Shown here piece by piece: positions 43,600 through 57,541 of a stretch of DNA of 64,000 nt. The notes under the pieces were generated by a model. The model saw only the letters and a program-made list of their open reading frames with translations. It did not search any database and was not told the DNA's origin. Position numbers and translations under genes: made by a program. The stretch's first letter is position 1; every line of letters starts with the position of its first letter. Source of the DNA: Paraspadella gotoi (lineage: Eukaryota > Animalia > Chaetognatha); assembly GCA_051294375.1 (NCBI GenBank), contig CM119264.1, positions 8,678,764 to 8,742,763 on the forward strand. Reading direction: 5' to 3'.

Positions 43600-46500
43600 A
43601 CAAAGCCGTTGCTATTGGTGATCACATTGTTGTAAAACAGTATTATATACGCAATGTTACTAATAATTACATTCAATAAATGAACAAGTTAGTTTTTTTA
43701 ATAATTGTTATTGATTCTTTGTACAGATATTATTTTGTACGTATTACAGTAAAGTGGGGATCATGCTTGCTTGCATCCAAAGGCAAATATTTGATAATCT
43801 ATTGAATAGGCAAAAACTATATGAAAGACTTTTAAATTGCTCGTAAATTGATAATTTATCAATTTTATTCCCAGTGGTAAGGAAACCCAGCAATATAAAC
43901 ATGTTGATGAAATATTATAAAACATGAAACACTATAGTGGAAAATAGTCTGATGAACTAATGTAATTATCTCCTGTTATATATAACGCAGAAATATCTAT
44001 TAATTGCACTATATGTTTCGATTTTGACTTTAAAAAATAAAGTCAATATAAAATGGGTTGTCCATGTTAAGCTTTTTGGTCAATGTGATAACATTCTAGA
44101 AAGTATGACTGTGTCACAAACAGGGATTTCTCTCAATGAATAAAAAAAGTTATTACACATCATGAGTTTTTTAAAGAAGGACATCTTGGTAATAAGGGAT
44201 ACATTTAAGATTTGGCTGACATAGTCCTTAAAAAACGACGTGTTTGCAGTTCATTCTTCAGATCGATGAAGGGTTGCTTGTAGAGATTTACATTCGCTAG
44301 CTCTAAGTTTTCGTAGAGACTGACCAGGCGAAGGTCATCGGCATATTGTGAGGCAATTATCTATGAACCTTGTGGTCTTAAGGTCGATTGTTTTGTGGTT
44401 GGTTGGTGCAGAATAATCAGTTTTGGTAAGCAAGTGGTTTTATGATTAGGGAGATGCCTCTATAATAGAAGGCAAATTAGTTCTGGGACTTAGGACTGCT
44501 TCCTTGTGGTGATCCACACAGAATGTCAATCAAATCAGCACTTTTTCTCCTCGTAAACAACACGAAATTTTTCTATTTGTCATAAAATGAGCAATTATTT
44601 TAACATGCCATATGGTAGTTTAATATGATTAATTTTGTATATTGAAAGACCCTTGGTAGCAAATTGTTGTGCAAAAGCTTTGCATAGTCCCTAGCGTGAC
44701 AAGATTGTTCTCACCTCTATTTTGAAACCAAGAATGCGCATCTTCAACGAGACAAGTTATGTTCAGGTGCGGATCTTCCTTTTTTAAAACTGATTGTAAT
44801 TTCGCGTCCTTTTGTTTCTATTGTTAAGTCGCATCATGAATTAAACGCTGGAATAATAATGTCTTTCAGAACTTAACCCAGCACAAAGCAGGCCTAATTG
44901 GTCTGTAATTTCGAGGATTGGTTGAAGTCTTTACCCTGCTTAGGATATTCACGATATTGGCAATTTTCCACCGTATCGGGGAACGTAGCCAAATCTTAAA
45001 GCAACGAGCAAAAATGGATGAAAGGATGTTTAATTGTATTGAGGAAAATATTTTTTTAACATGTTGTGAGTAAATTCCATCATGTTTCCGCGTTGCAGAT
45101 CTTGTTTAAGAAGATTTTTTAATAGTCCTCGATATGAATAGTTTAGTGGATTTAAAGTGTGTCTTTAATAAAAGTATTAAACTTCTGTGTATCAAAAACA
45201 TTCTTCATCGGTTGAATGAAGAATGTTTGAATATTCAATGATTTTTTTCACAATTTTACCACTCGTCATTTCTGGAGGGATGGAGTTTTGCCCATTATGG
45301 ATTTCAAGGATTTCGCAGCATGAATTTCCAAATTTGGCCTTGTGTCTACTGCTTGAGTACGTCAGCCTTTTAAGCATAGTTAGGTGGGATCTTTTCTTTG
45401 AGGTTGGTTATTCATTTAATAGTTTCCACTTTTTTGCTGCATCTCTGTTCGCTAAGGATGTCATTTGCTTTTTACGGTAGTGATGCACTTAAAGTCTTTT
45501 ATTATATATCGAATTTTATCGACATAAAAAATTGAATTCTCCTTTCCAGAGTGGGATTTGGAGAAAACCGAGTTTAGTGGATCTCAAATTTTTCTGTCTA
45601 AGTACCGCTTTAATTTTTGATTAATATTTCATTAAAATCTGGTGGTTGTGACGATATTATTATAAGACTTACTGTTTTTGTTTTTGTATTTGTTTGGGTA
45701 GCATTTTTGATGATGATGGGTGAACTCCGTTGTGGTTATATCCACTTGATCTTTTGAGAGAGAATTCTTTTGAAAGTTTATTAAGTTGTTATCAGTGTTT
45801 ATTTCGGAAATCTTGACCCAAGTTTGTTTTTCTTTACATAAATAATTTTCTTAATTGGTAGGGATTTTGTGGTGATCAATTATAGTGTAGATGGTCGCTA
45901 ACCTTTGACATCTTTCAAGAACAGTGCAACAAGGATTTTTGTCTAATAACTTTATTTTTAAGTGAGAGCTATATTTAAAACCTTTGTTTCGTTTCCTTCC
46001 GGTAGATTATCTGAGTGGTTGAAAGTTGTTTATTATAAGCAGGTTAGATCAAAATTGATAAAAGGTTTAGGAGTTGTTCTCCCTTGGGAAGAATCAAATC
46101 TGCCTTCCAAGCTCTGTATGGAGAATTGAGATCACTTATGTTGCTCTAGTGACAATCATTTCGTTTTATCAGAATAAGTTTTAATAGTTATATAAATTAA
46201 GCTCATTAGTTTTTCATAGGATGATTATATACGAGTGCAGTATAAATTTTCTTCTTATTCTTTCAATATATATGTCATTTATTAGCTCATTTGGTTGGTT
46301 TGGAAATTTTATTTTTGCAGCAGGAGATGGTCTGGAGTAGGCGATTAATACACGCCTGCGAGTAAGAGATGAATTAAGTGAAAAATGTTTTATAGTTTTT
46401 AATGCAATAAAGGTCTTTTGATACAACATCTTTTATCATTTGCATTACAAGAAATAACAATTATATTCTCTTTTAAGATTTTCCTTAATTATATTTATGG

Positions 46501-48400
46501 AGCTCGATAAGGAGTGTTGGTCTGTCATTTGTATAAGTTATGTAAATATTGCAAGTGGTAAATTTAGAGGCCTTGTATATATGCCTAGTGTGGTTCGACT
46601 TGATTTCCTTTTCGTTGGCATTAGCTGTAATCTTCTTCTTTCTGAACTTAGAAGATTCCACTTGTTCTTTTTGCATTTTTGAAGATTAGTTTTTGTGATT
46701 GAGTCAATCTCCCAATCCAATCCAATCATCTATTAACCTTTGGGTGGACAGCAGATTTTAAAAATCGTGTTTATTGCAGTATTTGTGGAAACTTTTGGTC
46801 TGTTTAAGGAATTCGTCGTTGCTTTTGGAATTGTTTGCGAAGAAGTCACAGCATTTTGCTATTCTCTTTGCTTTACACAGTTTTCAGTAAATCTGATCGA
46901 TTTTTCTTTTATTTTCCTCTATTGTACCTTTTTACTGAAGCTAAAATATTTTCTTTTAGATTACTGCTCTTTCCACTCATATCATTAAGGACTAAGGAAT
47001 ACGCAGTGACAGAATGTCTTGGATGTCATTATGTGACGTTTTTGTTCAGTGTTCCACTTATTTGTACAACACTGGAATAGGATGACTCTGGCTGAACTCG
47101 GGGCTGTGGAGTATTAGAGATAGTACTTTTGCTGACGACGTGTCTTCTAAGAAGGTGGGTGCAAGTTTTGAATTGGCTCGCTATGGCCGGCCACCACCGT
47201 TGAAAACATTTGGTATTTCAAAGTCTTGTCAGTCTTTTGTGCGGAGTGCTCACCAGCGCAACGTAAACATTATTTGATATTTCATGAGGCATTTGTTTGA
47301 AGGCCATGACCATATTTCTGGCACTTATACATTGAAGGATCTTTTCTGTAAAGTGACTTCCGTTGCACATGTGTGACTTTTGTGAAACATGTTGATGTTT
47401 GTTCTCCTAGAATTTCTTGTTTCTGTTTCAGGAATTTAAAGTCCCTTTTACATTAACTTGGTTTTCCAGTGGGAACGGATGTTAGCCTTCTGATAATACT
47501 TGAGTATCCCTTGTTAATCATATCCAACTCGGATTCTTCTTCAGAGTAATTCTGGTTCAACACTTTTGATTAAAATGGAATGGGAGACAGTATGCTTGTG
47601 GTTCGAGCTTAGGAGTGAAAAACAATATTTGTTTGTGATGCCAATTGTTAGGTTTTAACAAGAGAGTTGAATCTTTATCTTGTTTTTTGCAAAGATAATG
47701 CAGATCCCCCCGCGTTGAGTGATTTTAAATCTCATCAATAAGAGGCAGAGCGTGAAAGCTTCGTGACCAAGAGCTTAGCACAGCGTGGACGGGATTATTC
47801 TAATCTCGTCTGGAAGACGTGGTTGAAGACTGATCGACAGTTTTTCGAAAGTCATGGGGAGTGAGTTTGGGCTCTGTTTGTAGATTGTGCTATCTTGTTT
47901 CTTGAGACTGAATTTTTTTGGCAAAAAACATTTTCGTCAATTTTCATAGCCAGAATTTTGCCAAAAGGCGAGCAAAGCTGTTTTTCTTCTTCCGGCTGAA
48001 GTTGGCTTTCTAATTTTAAGTCAGACGAGTATTCCGGTGGTAGGCGCCTGGATGTATGTTCACAGTCATTAATGATTTCATCTTCTGTATTTAGATCAGG
48101 GTTTTATGAGATTTTTATTTTTACCGTGTTTTCTGGCCTTGTGATGCCAGAGTCCTTTGTCTTTTGGAAGACATTTTAGTTTTTTTATTGGCTAAGATTC
48201 CTCGCCAGTCAGTGAGATTTGTTTTTCGGTAGGTTTTACATGTAGTATTTTTTGTTCAACTGTGGGAAAGCGATTTGTTTATTATATATAGCGATTTAGG
48301 AGTTTGTTTAGAATTGATATGTGTTCAGAACAAGAGACGTTGAATTTTTACATGTCGAAGAAGTTGATTTTTCTCTGATTTTTCTTAAGTCCAAAAATTT
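43600..48400 (-). mobile_element. Near-full-length degenerate non-LTR retrotransposon (Jockey/I-group-like LINE)
   Basis: Minus strand, in order: ORF1 start MSSKRQR (~48175); gag zinc knuckles KCQKYGH / CLRCAGEH / CFN.GG..ANS (~47150-47330); endonuclease-like IAYSRPS (~46340); RT LRFGYVP.RWKIANIV..PKQGKD..NYRPI (~44890-45000), PQGS.LSP (~44500), ASQYADD (~44335-44355), DQK.LTWTTH (~44060-44080). Many frameshifts. Confidence 0.88.
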
Positions 48401-50174
48401 AGGAAAAATCAGAGAGATGGAGCCTTTGGCGTGCCGGTTCAGTTTCGGGCGGTCAGATCAGAGGGAGAAGAGAGAGAGAGAGAGAGAGAGGAGAGAAGAG
48501 AGAGAGAGAGAGAGAGAGAGGAGTCGGATATGAGCTCCTCCTGCAGGTTCGTCCAAATCTGCACGGACAACCTTGGCGAGAGCGAGAAACAACAACAACA
48601 ACGAGGACGCGGGGTGAATAAGCAAAAAGGAAAAAAAAAAGAATCGCTCGAAAACGAAAATGGGTTTGAGGAGATGAGAAGATGAGATGAAGAAGAGAAG
48701 ATGAACAAATGAGAAAGATGATGAAATTGTGTATGAAATAAAGAGAAGGCAAATAAGATGAAGAACGTGAAGATGTTGAGACGATCAAACATCTGTTGTG
48801 ATGACGACGTGAAGGATTGTGATGATAACCATGAGGTAGAAATTGCCAAGTTGAGCCGAAACTCAAAATTCGACTCTTACCGCTCTTCGTCCCTGTCAGT
48901 CGTCATCACTGTCGTCGTCGTCGTCGTCACTGTCGTCGTCGTCTCGGTCGTCGTCATCAATTGTCGTTGATGGAAAGAAATGCGCGAGGAAGGAAGCGGA
49001 ATTTTAATGGGGGAAAGGCGACGGGTTTTAGCCCCGGCGCTGCGCCCTCCTCCTCCTGTCCTCCTGTCCTCGATTTCTTCAGGTTCCGTTTTTCCAAAAT
49101 GACAAAAACCTCGTCTCACCTTCTTTTCCCTTTTTTTCTCCCTTCTCCCTTTTTTCTCCATTTTTTTTTCTCCCTTTTTTGGCGAATCGAATCTTCGTTC
49201 GCTCCGCATTTTTTTTCTATCTCGACATCGAAGACGAAAAAGGAGAATGAGAAAAAAATAGCCTTTTTCTTTTTCCTTTTCTTTTCAGCCTCTTTTTGAT
49301 GTATTTTGAATTAATTCTCGGTAATAACGATCTTAGATATCTAATTTAAAAACCTAGTTTTCAATTTAATATATAAAGGAACATGTAAGCATAAAACTTT
49401 TCTTTATTAAACTCACAGTGAAGGTTAAATTCCTTTGACAAGGCAAATGACCGAAAGAATTATTGTTATTATTTCTTTCTTTAGAAATAAAAAAAATTAA
49501 AAGCTTGAAATTTTTCTCGATCGCTTGCCAATAAAAGAAATGAAATATTGAATATTTTTTTCCACTTTAAGTTTGATAACTTCATAAAGTTGTATTGAAG
49601 AAGTAAATTTAAAACAAGGAGAAAATAAGAACGGCCTCACCCCGAACTAAAAAAAAATCATACTGAACAACAAATGAGGAAAGTCAAACGAAGAGAAGCG
49701 GCCATCCTTGATTGTCCAGAAGGAAAGGAAAGGAAGGGAAAAAATTGATTGGCTGGATTAGATGAAGACATTTTGTAGCTTTGCTTCCTTGGAGCGCTTT
49801 CTGCAACCGGCCGCAATGATTACAAGCCCTCTGAATCTCCGGTCTGATTGGGCATTGGGCAAGATTTCCTGATAAAAATAATATACATACTTTAACTACT
49901 CGCAATGTATTTTTTAAATCTAGTCAAAGGAAAAAAATAGTATTTTTCTTCAAAATATTTTTTATCTATTTTTCATGTCAATAGATGGTAATGAAACAAT
50001 GACCCATATGTTTTACTTTGACAAAGTGTCTAATTAGGATGAAAAATTTTATTTCAACCAAAGTGGACTTTTCAAGCTGAGAATAAAAAAAAATATATAT
50101 TGCGGAAACCATTGAAGTGAAGTTATAAAAAATGGATTCTTTATTACTTCCAAACCCTCTCTCTCTCTCTCTGT

Positions 50175-50207
<33 letters not shown>

Positions 50208-50214
50208 CTCTCTC

Positions 50215-50245
<31 letters not shown>

Positions 50246-52943
50246 CTCTCTTCTCTCGTCTCTTGTCATCTCGTTCTCTGATGTAACAAAAGATCTAATG
50301 ACCTAAGTAAATAAATAAGGCTAGCGAGGGTTGTCATTTATCCCGCGTCTCTCTCTTCTTCTCTCTGCTCTTCTCTCTTCTCTCTCTCTCTCACTACTCT
50401 CTCTCTCTCTCTCTCTTTTTTTCTTCAGCTTCTCCCCCCGGTTAAATCAGCCAGGGTAGCGTCTCTACACGAGCGATTATTCGTCTGTCGTCATAAACGT
50501 CATTTCCTAGACACTGGAGACGACGTCGTCTCCGCTGCCGCCGCAGCCACAGCCGCTGCCGCAACCGCCGCCGTCGCCCAGCCGACTTTCTGGAATACAT
50601 TAAACGCGATTAACCGCGTAATAACTACTATTTTTGATTATATCTAAGCGTCGTAACTCGGCAGGCTTCAAAACCTGTCTGATGTCGTTTAATCCAAACA
50701 TCCTCCACGGTTTTTTTTCCTTTCAAAATCGATTTTTAATGCACAATCCGACGTCCGTTCGAAGGGAGCGAAATGACTATTAGGGGAGGAAGTGCGTAGA
50801 AAGATGGGGCGCGGGTGGAGGGGCGTTGTTAGAGAAATAAAAAGGATGGTGGAAATGGCCGGCAGCTGGTCCCGAAAGGTGGTCCCCAAACGATGGACAA
50901 ACGACTCGAACGACAACAACGAGAACGACGATTGCATTCAACGAGCGCCTCGTCCGCCGACGCCAAACGACCCCAATTTTTTCTCGTCCGCGAAAAGAAC
51001 CGGGAAAACGAGAGCGAGAATGACAGCGACGACGACGACGATGATGACGACGATGACGACGACGACGTGAGAAACCATCTCCTTCTCCCAGGTAGTTACG
51101 TGAGCGACTTTTCAAAGTCGGCACCCATCACAGTAGCTTACCTTACCTCATATTACGAGTCATTATGAGTCATAAACCTCGCTGCCTCGTACGATCGCCC
51201 CGCGTTGCGGATTATGCCCGGAGGTAAGTTCTGGTCTGATAGGAGAAAAGGGCCTTTGCTTCTACGCATTCTGCATTCAGACTCGAGAGATTTAATCCAA
51301 CAATTTTATGCAAATTTTCGTCTCGTTTTTCATTGTTCCCTTGTCGCTCGCGCTGCCCTGCAAAACCTATTTTTTTTTTCCTAATCGTTATATATATTTG
51401 CATTCATTTTTCATTTTTGATGTTTTGCATTTGAACTAAAACATTCTCCCACGCTTCGAGGAGAGACAGCGATAGATTACGAGGGTTTTGCACCCCGTTC
51501 GTTCGCGATTAAAAAATGTTTCTGTCCGAATTTTGTGTTCAAAGACCTTCGGGGTGAACTCGAAGACTAAAAAACCCACGGAAATTCTAATTGGTGCTAT
51601 GCCTGCTATGGCCTATAGGTCCATGTGTTCAGTCTATAAAAACAATGTCAAAAAGTGTTCTTATAGAAGTTAAGTATTTCACGCTCTTAAATTTTCGCGT
51701 TTTACCTTACAAAGCATCTTAATTTTAGCGTTGTCTTTTTTTCGCCGACATCACTCAGCTTTGGTGGCAATATACTCTAGTTTCGCCTTTGCGGATTTGA
51801 AGGAAGTATAAAGAAATCCGAGGTCGATCGCCCCCATCGAAAACCACCTTCGGACCTCGGACTCCACCCACCGGCGCTTCAAACCACCTCACCTTCCTTT
51901 CCCCTTTTTCTGGCGCCGATCCAAAGTCGGCGACGACCTCCTCTCGCCCTCCGCTTTGACCCACGAAGAAGCTGCAATTGCAGAAGGCAATGCTCTTGGC
52001 CCGGAGACCCACATTCTTGCAATCTGCATTCAACATTAATTTCCTGCATTCAATGACACTAAGGAATTCACATATATCGTTGATATTAAATCATATACGA
52101 TATCTTATGCATTCTAAATTTAAACATTGGATGCTCAAAACGATGAGAACATTAACAAGAACTGCCGCCTAGTGTAACAACCTTCCAAACCATCGTTCAA
52201 TTTTACGGTTGGTAGGTTAGCGCAACAACGACGACGACTACAAGGACGACGACGTCGACGAAAACGCACGACTTCATCATTTTGTTTTTTGGAAGGGAGA
52301 CAAGATCGAGTGAAGACTCTCCTCTCATCTATTCCTCATTCGATCTGCTTTGGAATTATTCACTTCTCTTATTTTAATTTTGTTTTCATCATCACCCATT
52401 GTTTGTTTTAAGTTGATGGTAAGATTGTTGCAATCAACCAAATTATATCAAGATTTTTACTAATGAAGTTTTTCATCATTGCGCCAAGAATGAAAAAGTT
52501 GTAGTTATTGAAGACAGCTTAATTGCAGACGAAAGTGAAATAGTGAAACATGCGTTTTATCATCAATCTTGTCTAATATCGAAAGTCTTTTGCCGAAGAT
52601 TTTCCCAAAAAAATTGTTCAAAAGGTTTTTTAAATTAACGAAATTTTCAGGTTATAAAATCTAAATTATTTTAGCAGAATACGGTTATCTTGGCAAAAAA
52701 AAAAATTTCAAGAGAGAGAATCAGGAAAAAGAAATCTCTGCCCGAAAACTAATCAGCTGTAATCGTGGAGACGCGAATATGTGCACGGACGGACAGACGG
52801 ATGTCGGACAATCTGAGAAAAGGACAGATAGACTTTCCAATATTTTCTTTCGCATCATGCGTCCTGTTAGTTGCAGACTCATATCTCACAGCTCGTCGAG
52901 AGCCAGCGAGAAGCGGCGCCAGATTCTCTTCTCTCTCTTTTCT

Positions 52944-52984
<41 letters not shown>

Positions 52985-53214
52985 CTCTCTTCTCTCTCTT
53001 CTCTCTCTCTCTCTCTCTCTCTCTCGTTCTCATTCACATTTCGAAGAGTTCCCGAGCAACGACGGCTCCCGTTTAACTTCGCATCCGAGGAAGAAAAAAA
53101 AAAAGAAAAAAACGAAAGAAGTAAGAGAAAAAAAAAAGAGAAAAGGAGTACAGTTGCAAATCTGGAAACCTGAAGTCTGAGTTAAAAAAGCAAGAAAGAA
53201 AGAAAGAAAGAAAA

Positions 53215-53254
<40 letters not shown>

Positions 53255-55423
53255 AGAAAAGAAAGATAAAAAGAAAGAAAAAAAAATTCATCTATATTTA
53301 TGAGAAGAAAGTGTACGAAAAGTAAAGAAGAAAACAAACGAGCAAATAAAACTAAATATCGGGGAATAAAATTAAATCGAAATTCTGTGAAAAATATCAC
53401 AAATTAAAAGAGAACCAACATTAGCATTTCCCAACAATAATAGAACTTATCGTAACGACGCTAACCATTAATTTTGCCCCGCCCACTCGCCCCCGATCGC
53501 GTCAAAGACTCGCCGTGATCAACGTAAAAGCTTCAGTTCCCTCTGCGCGTTTTCTGCACTCCTGTTCGGAGTTGTTCGCATGTAAAAAAGTTGCAAATGT
53601 GGCATGTCAATCAATACAAAGACAAGCATGTTACCAATGACATTGACAACGTCTGTTTCCTATTTCCAAACAATGTAAGAATTATACATTTTCTCACTAC
53701 GAAATATCGGTTGTTTTCTGTTACGACCGAAGCATTTCAACAGCAGCAACAGTTGTTCTTCACCGGTGTAGCAACCGATTTTCTCACAGCCGCAACAAAC
53801 GTTCACCGCAGCGGACCGAAGAAGCATCCTTGTTGGTTCCCCGGAGGCGAATTAAAGACGACCGCCTCTCCGAGCGGCCAACCCTCGCGCGATGGCGGCG
53901 GCCGCCGCTGTTGCTGCCGGAGCCGCCGACGACGCGGCCGACGCTGCCGCCACCGCCGCCGCCGCCGACGCTCAAGCCGCCTCTCTCCTGGTCGAACTCG
54001 GAGAAAAAAAAAATAGTATAAAGGAGAAAAAGACAAAGTAAAACTTGAAAAAAGAGGAGGAAAAATATAAAAAGTGTATTAACGTTACATGTCAAGTACT
54101 ACTTGTGCTTTATTCATTTTTAAAACCTCATGTAAAAATTTCATTATTTAAAACTATATGAAAAAAAAATTACCTGTCAAATTTTGTTAGAAATCTCAAA
54201 TTTATGACGAACAACAAAATTAAAAAATATAATTTCATTTCCGAGTTTCATACGATTTTTTCATTCTTTTTAATCGAAGAAAGATTTAAAGGAGCTNNNN
54301 NNNNNNTTTTTTCAACCCAGGAAAAAGTTGCTGAGAAACTTTAGCCCTAAACTCAAGCCTGGATGGAAAAAACTTTTTTAAAAAAAAAAAAAAAAAAAAA
54401 AGAATTTTTTTTTCTTTTCAAGAAGATCCCATTTTTTACTCCTCTGCTTCACCAACGCAATAAACCCAAAACTTTTTCAATTTTTCTCATATCCGCTTTT
54501 TATCCTTTCTAAGCTGCGTTTTCTCCCAAGTATTACGCCGCGCTTAAAGGCTTCCCCCCTTCGCGCGGTCCGATTAGGGGCGATCCCTTGCCGCCCGAGA
54601 GGCACGCCCCCGGGGGCCGCGCGACCGAAAATAAAAAAGGACAAAGGTAGAAAGGGCGACTCTCGAAGGAGAGGGGGGAGAGGCCGGGGGCAAGGTTAGA
54701 TTATGAGACATGTCCATTGTCCGAGACAGATGTAGCTAATAGTTACAAAACATATCAAAATTATCCATTTATTCAATATGATATTTTCAAGGATTTTCGG
54801 AAACTCACACAACTAAAAAAAAACATTTATCTCTCTCTCTCTCTCCCTCTCTCCCTCTCTCTCTCTTTCTTTTTTTTTTCTTTCTTTTTCGTTCTTAAGA
54901 CCCTCGCTTGCCGTCAATTTCACGAATGACCTCTCCCGTCACTTAATAGTGAATTTCTTCTGCTTCGTTTTGCTGCGACCTTAACTTACCCTAAAATTGC
55001 GTTTCTTCACCGTCTCCTTCAACTTGACATTACCCAATTTTAACGTCATCATTCTTTCTCTCTGTTTAGTTGTTAACGCTGAAGTCGTAACTATACTCAC
55101 CCTTTTTAAACAACAATGCACATTGAATAAAGTAATAATTGAAACTAAATATTGTACGTAGCATAAAAAAGGAACTACTCCCGGCCCCGTTTTCCAAAAT
55201 CTTTTTCGGCCTTTAGCAGCTATGAAGTTTGAACCTCGAACATTTTTTCTTACAAAGTTGTAATAACATCAAAACAACATCCCTAATCTAATGACATTAA
55301 AACAACATCCCAAATTCAAAATGAATCTTCCTGTCAATTCCCCTTACCCAAAGAATAACCTCACTTTCCTGTCATGTTATTGTTTCCAGTTCCTCTCTGT
55401 TGATAAACCTCACCTTTTCACAG

Positions 55424-56002
55424 GCCGTGTTCACAATCCTCACCTCACCTTGCCCGCCGTCGTCCCACTTCGACTCCCAATTGTAATTTCGCTCGGAATC
55501 CCCGGCGATTTTTCCGCTTCGTCCTGACTTTACTTGGCCATAACTCACCCGGACTTTTGCCGTATTCGCCCCGAGCAGCGGCCCTCGCCATCCCTGTTCA
55601 CTCTCCCCGCCGTCGCCACCTTTGCCAACCGCTGGAAAATTATCTCATGACCCCTCGAATTCCCGACGGTCCCTTTTCGCCGCGGCAGGATGCGACGGGC
55701 TGCTGCGGAAGCTGCGGGAAAAAGTGGAAGCTGCGGGGACAGCGTCAACGAAGGCGGAAGAAACGAATGTTTATCGGTTTGCGGAGTGCGTGGCACTGGC
55801 AAAACAGGGAATTCGCTTGGTTGGCGATAGTGGCTGAGTGGCAGCGAGTGTCGCCATTGAAATTCGAAAGCAACGGCGATTGTCAGGACTAGCAGCGATT
55901 AAAGCGGCAGCAGCAGCGGAAACGGCGGAAGTGATGGCCATTCAGACCGCAGCAGCTCAGCAGCCAAATCGCGTCCCAAAATCCCCTCGCTTCGGGTCGA
56001 AG
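55424..56002 (+). CDS. Putative large GC-rich exon of an unidentified gene (frame interrupted)
   Basis: Acceptor ccttttcacag| and donor G|gtcagt; the 3' part reads SGSSSGNGGSDGHSDRSSSAAKSRPKIPSLRVE. No single frame is open throughout. Confidence 0.35.
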
Positions 56003-56984
56003 GTCAGTTTATGGTTTTGCGGTTTTTTGGGGAGAAATCGACTTCGAGTTTTTATGAGTTTTTTTTTTGTTTTGCTTCTGTTTTTCTTTTCTCAAATTCA
56101 CATCGTAAACGTGTTTTTGTTATTCTATTATAATAAAATTTGCTACGAGAGATAGAACGAAAAAAAAAATACAGGAAATGAAAGAGATGAAGAGATTAGG
56201 CGATATTCTTTGTCTTGCCAAACTCGCTCGTATTTTAGATTACTTAATCTCCTCTATTCCGCTTTATTTCCTTTTCTCTTTTCTTGACTTTCCGTCCTAA
56301 CCTTGTTCCACTCACCTCTCTCTCTTATTTCCCATTTTTGAGAATCTTAAATCTTTTTCCTCTTCAATCGTTTTCTCTTTCTCTCTCACTTCTTTATTTT
56401 CTTCATTAACTTCTCTCATTATCTTTTTTTCATTTAATCACGTTTTAACTTTCTTCCTTTCTTTCTCCTCACGAATCTTACTCCTTTCCTCTCTTCCATT
56501 TTTTTTTCGTTTTCTGTTCTTTTCGTTTTCATTCTTTCCTTTTCATTCTTTTCTCTGTACATATTCTGATTCTTATTTATTCCGTTCCATTTTTTCCCTT
56601 TCTTAACGTATTCCTATTTAATTTCCGCCTTAAATTTTTTTAAATTCTTCCATTATTTTCCTTTTACCATCTCTCTCTCTCTTATCTTTTTTTTTCCTTT
56701 TCTGATAAGTCTTCTCCCATCCCTTTCCCCAATTCCAAATTTCCTTTACTTTCCTCGTCCGTCATCTTCAGTTTCCAACTTTTCTTCCCTCCCCCTATTC
56801 TTAGTACTAATCTTCCTACCCTCTCTCTTTCATTCTCACTCCTACCCTCCCGCTTTCATTCCTCCCTTCCCCTTTTCCCCTTCCCCCTTTTCAACAATTT
56901 TTCTCTTGAAAAGCAACAAAATCATTAGCATAAGTTTCATTAAGCAACGGATTATTTTTCTTCTTCTCTTCTTACTCTTCCCAG

Positions 56985-57165
56985 CGTTTCCCTCTTTTAT
57001 CTCTTTGCCCTCTTCCTCCTCCTCTTCCTCCTCCTTCTCTTCTTCTTCCTCCTCTTCCCTCTACAAGATCTTCATCCGTCCGTGAAGAGGCTCACATTCA
57101 ACTTCTTCAAAAAGTCGCTTGATCAGATTCTCACAGAAAATATGTCTGACGGAAAAAAAAAGTGA
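56985..57165 (+). CDS. Putative terminal exon following 55424-56002
   Basis: Acceptor cttactcttcccag|; phase 1 gives AFPSFISLPSSSS..., and with one indel LQDLHPSVKRLTFNFFKKSLDQILTENMSDGKKK*. Confidence 0.3.
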
Positions 57166-57473
57166 AAGGTTGAAGAGCCTGGGCATTCAGCGAAGAGATC
57201 CATCACAAACGCATTGTTGCTCTATCATTTTTTTCTAACAGTAGTTTGTACAAATTCTATTTTTTTCTGCTTCGGTTTTGCTTCGTTTTTTTCCCAAATT
57301 TGTGATCTCTTGTTTCTTTCCTTTTCTCAGTCTTGAACGAACCTTGAACACTATTCTCTTCTCTCATCTCCATTCTTCTTCTCTCTCTCTCTCGTCCTCT
57401 CTCTCTCTTCTCTCTTCTCTCGTTCGTTCTCTTCTCTCTCTCCATCTTTCGTCTCTGCTCTCTCTCTCTCTCT

Positions 57474-57541
<68 letters not shown>

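Noticed and set aside
48700-54000. GC-rich islands with (GAC)n/(GCC)n tracts as exons
   Set aside because: No consistent splice boundaries or recognisable peptides; they could equally be regulatory or UTR sequence.
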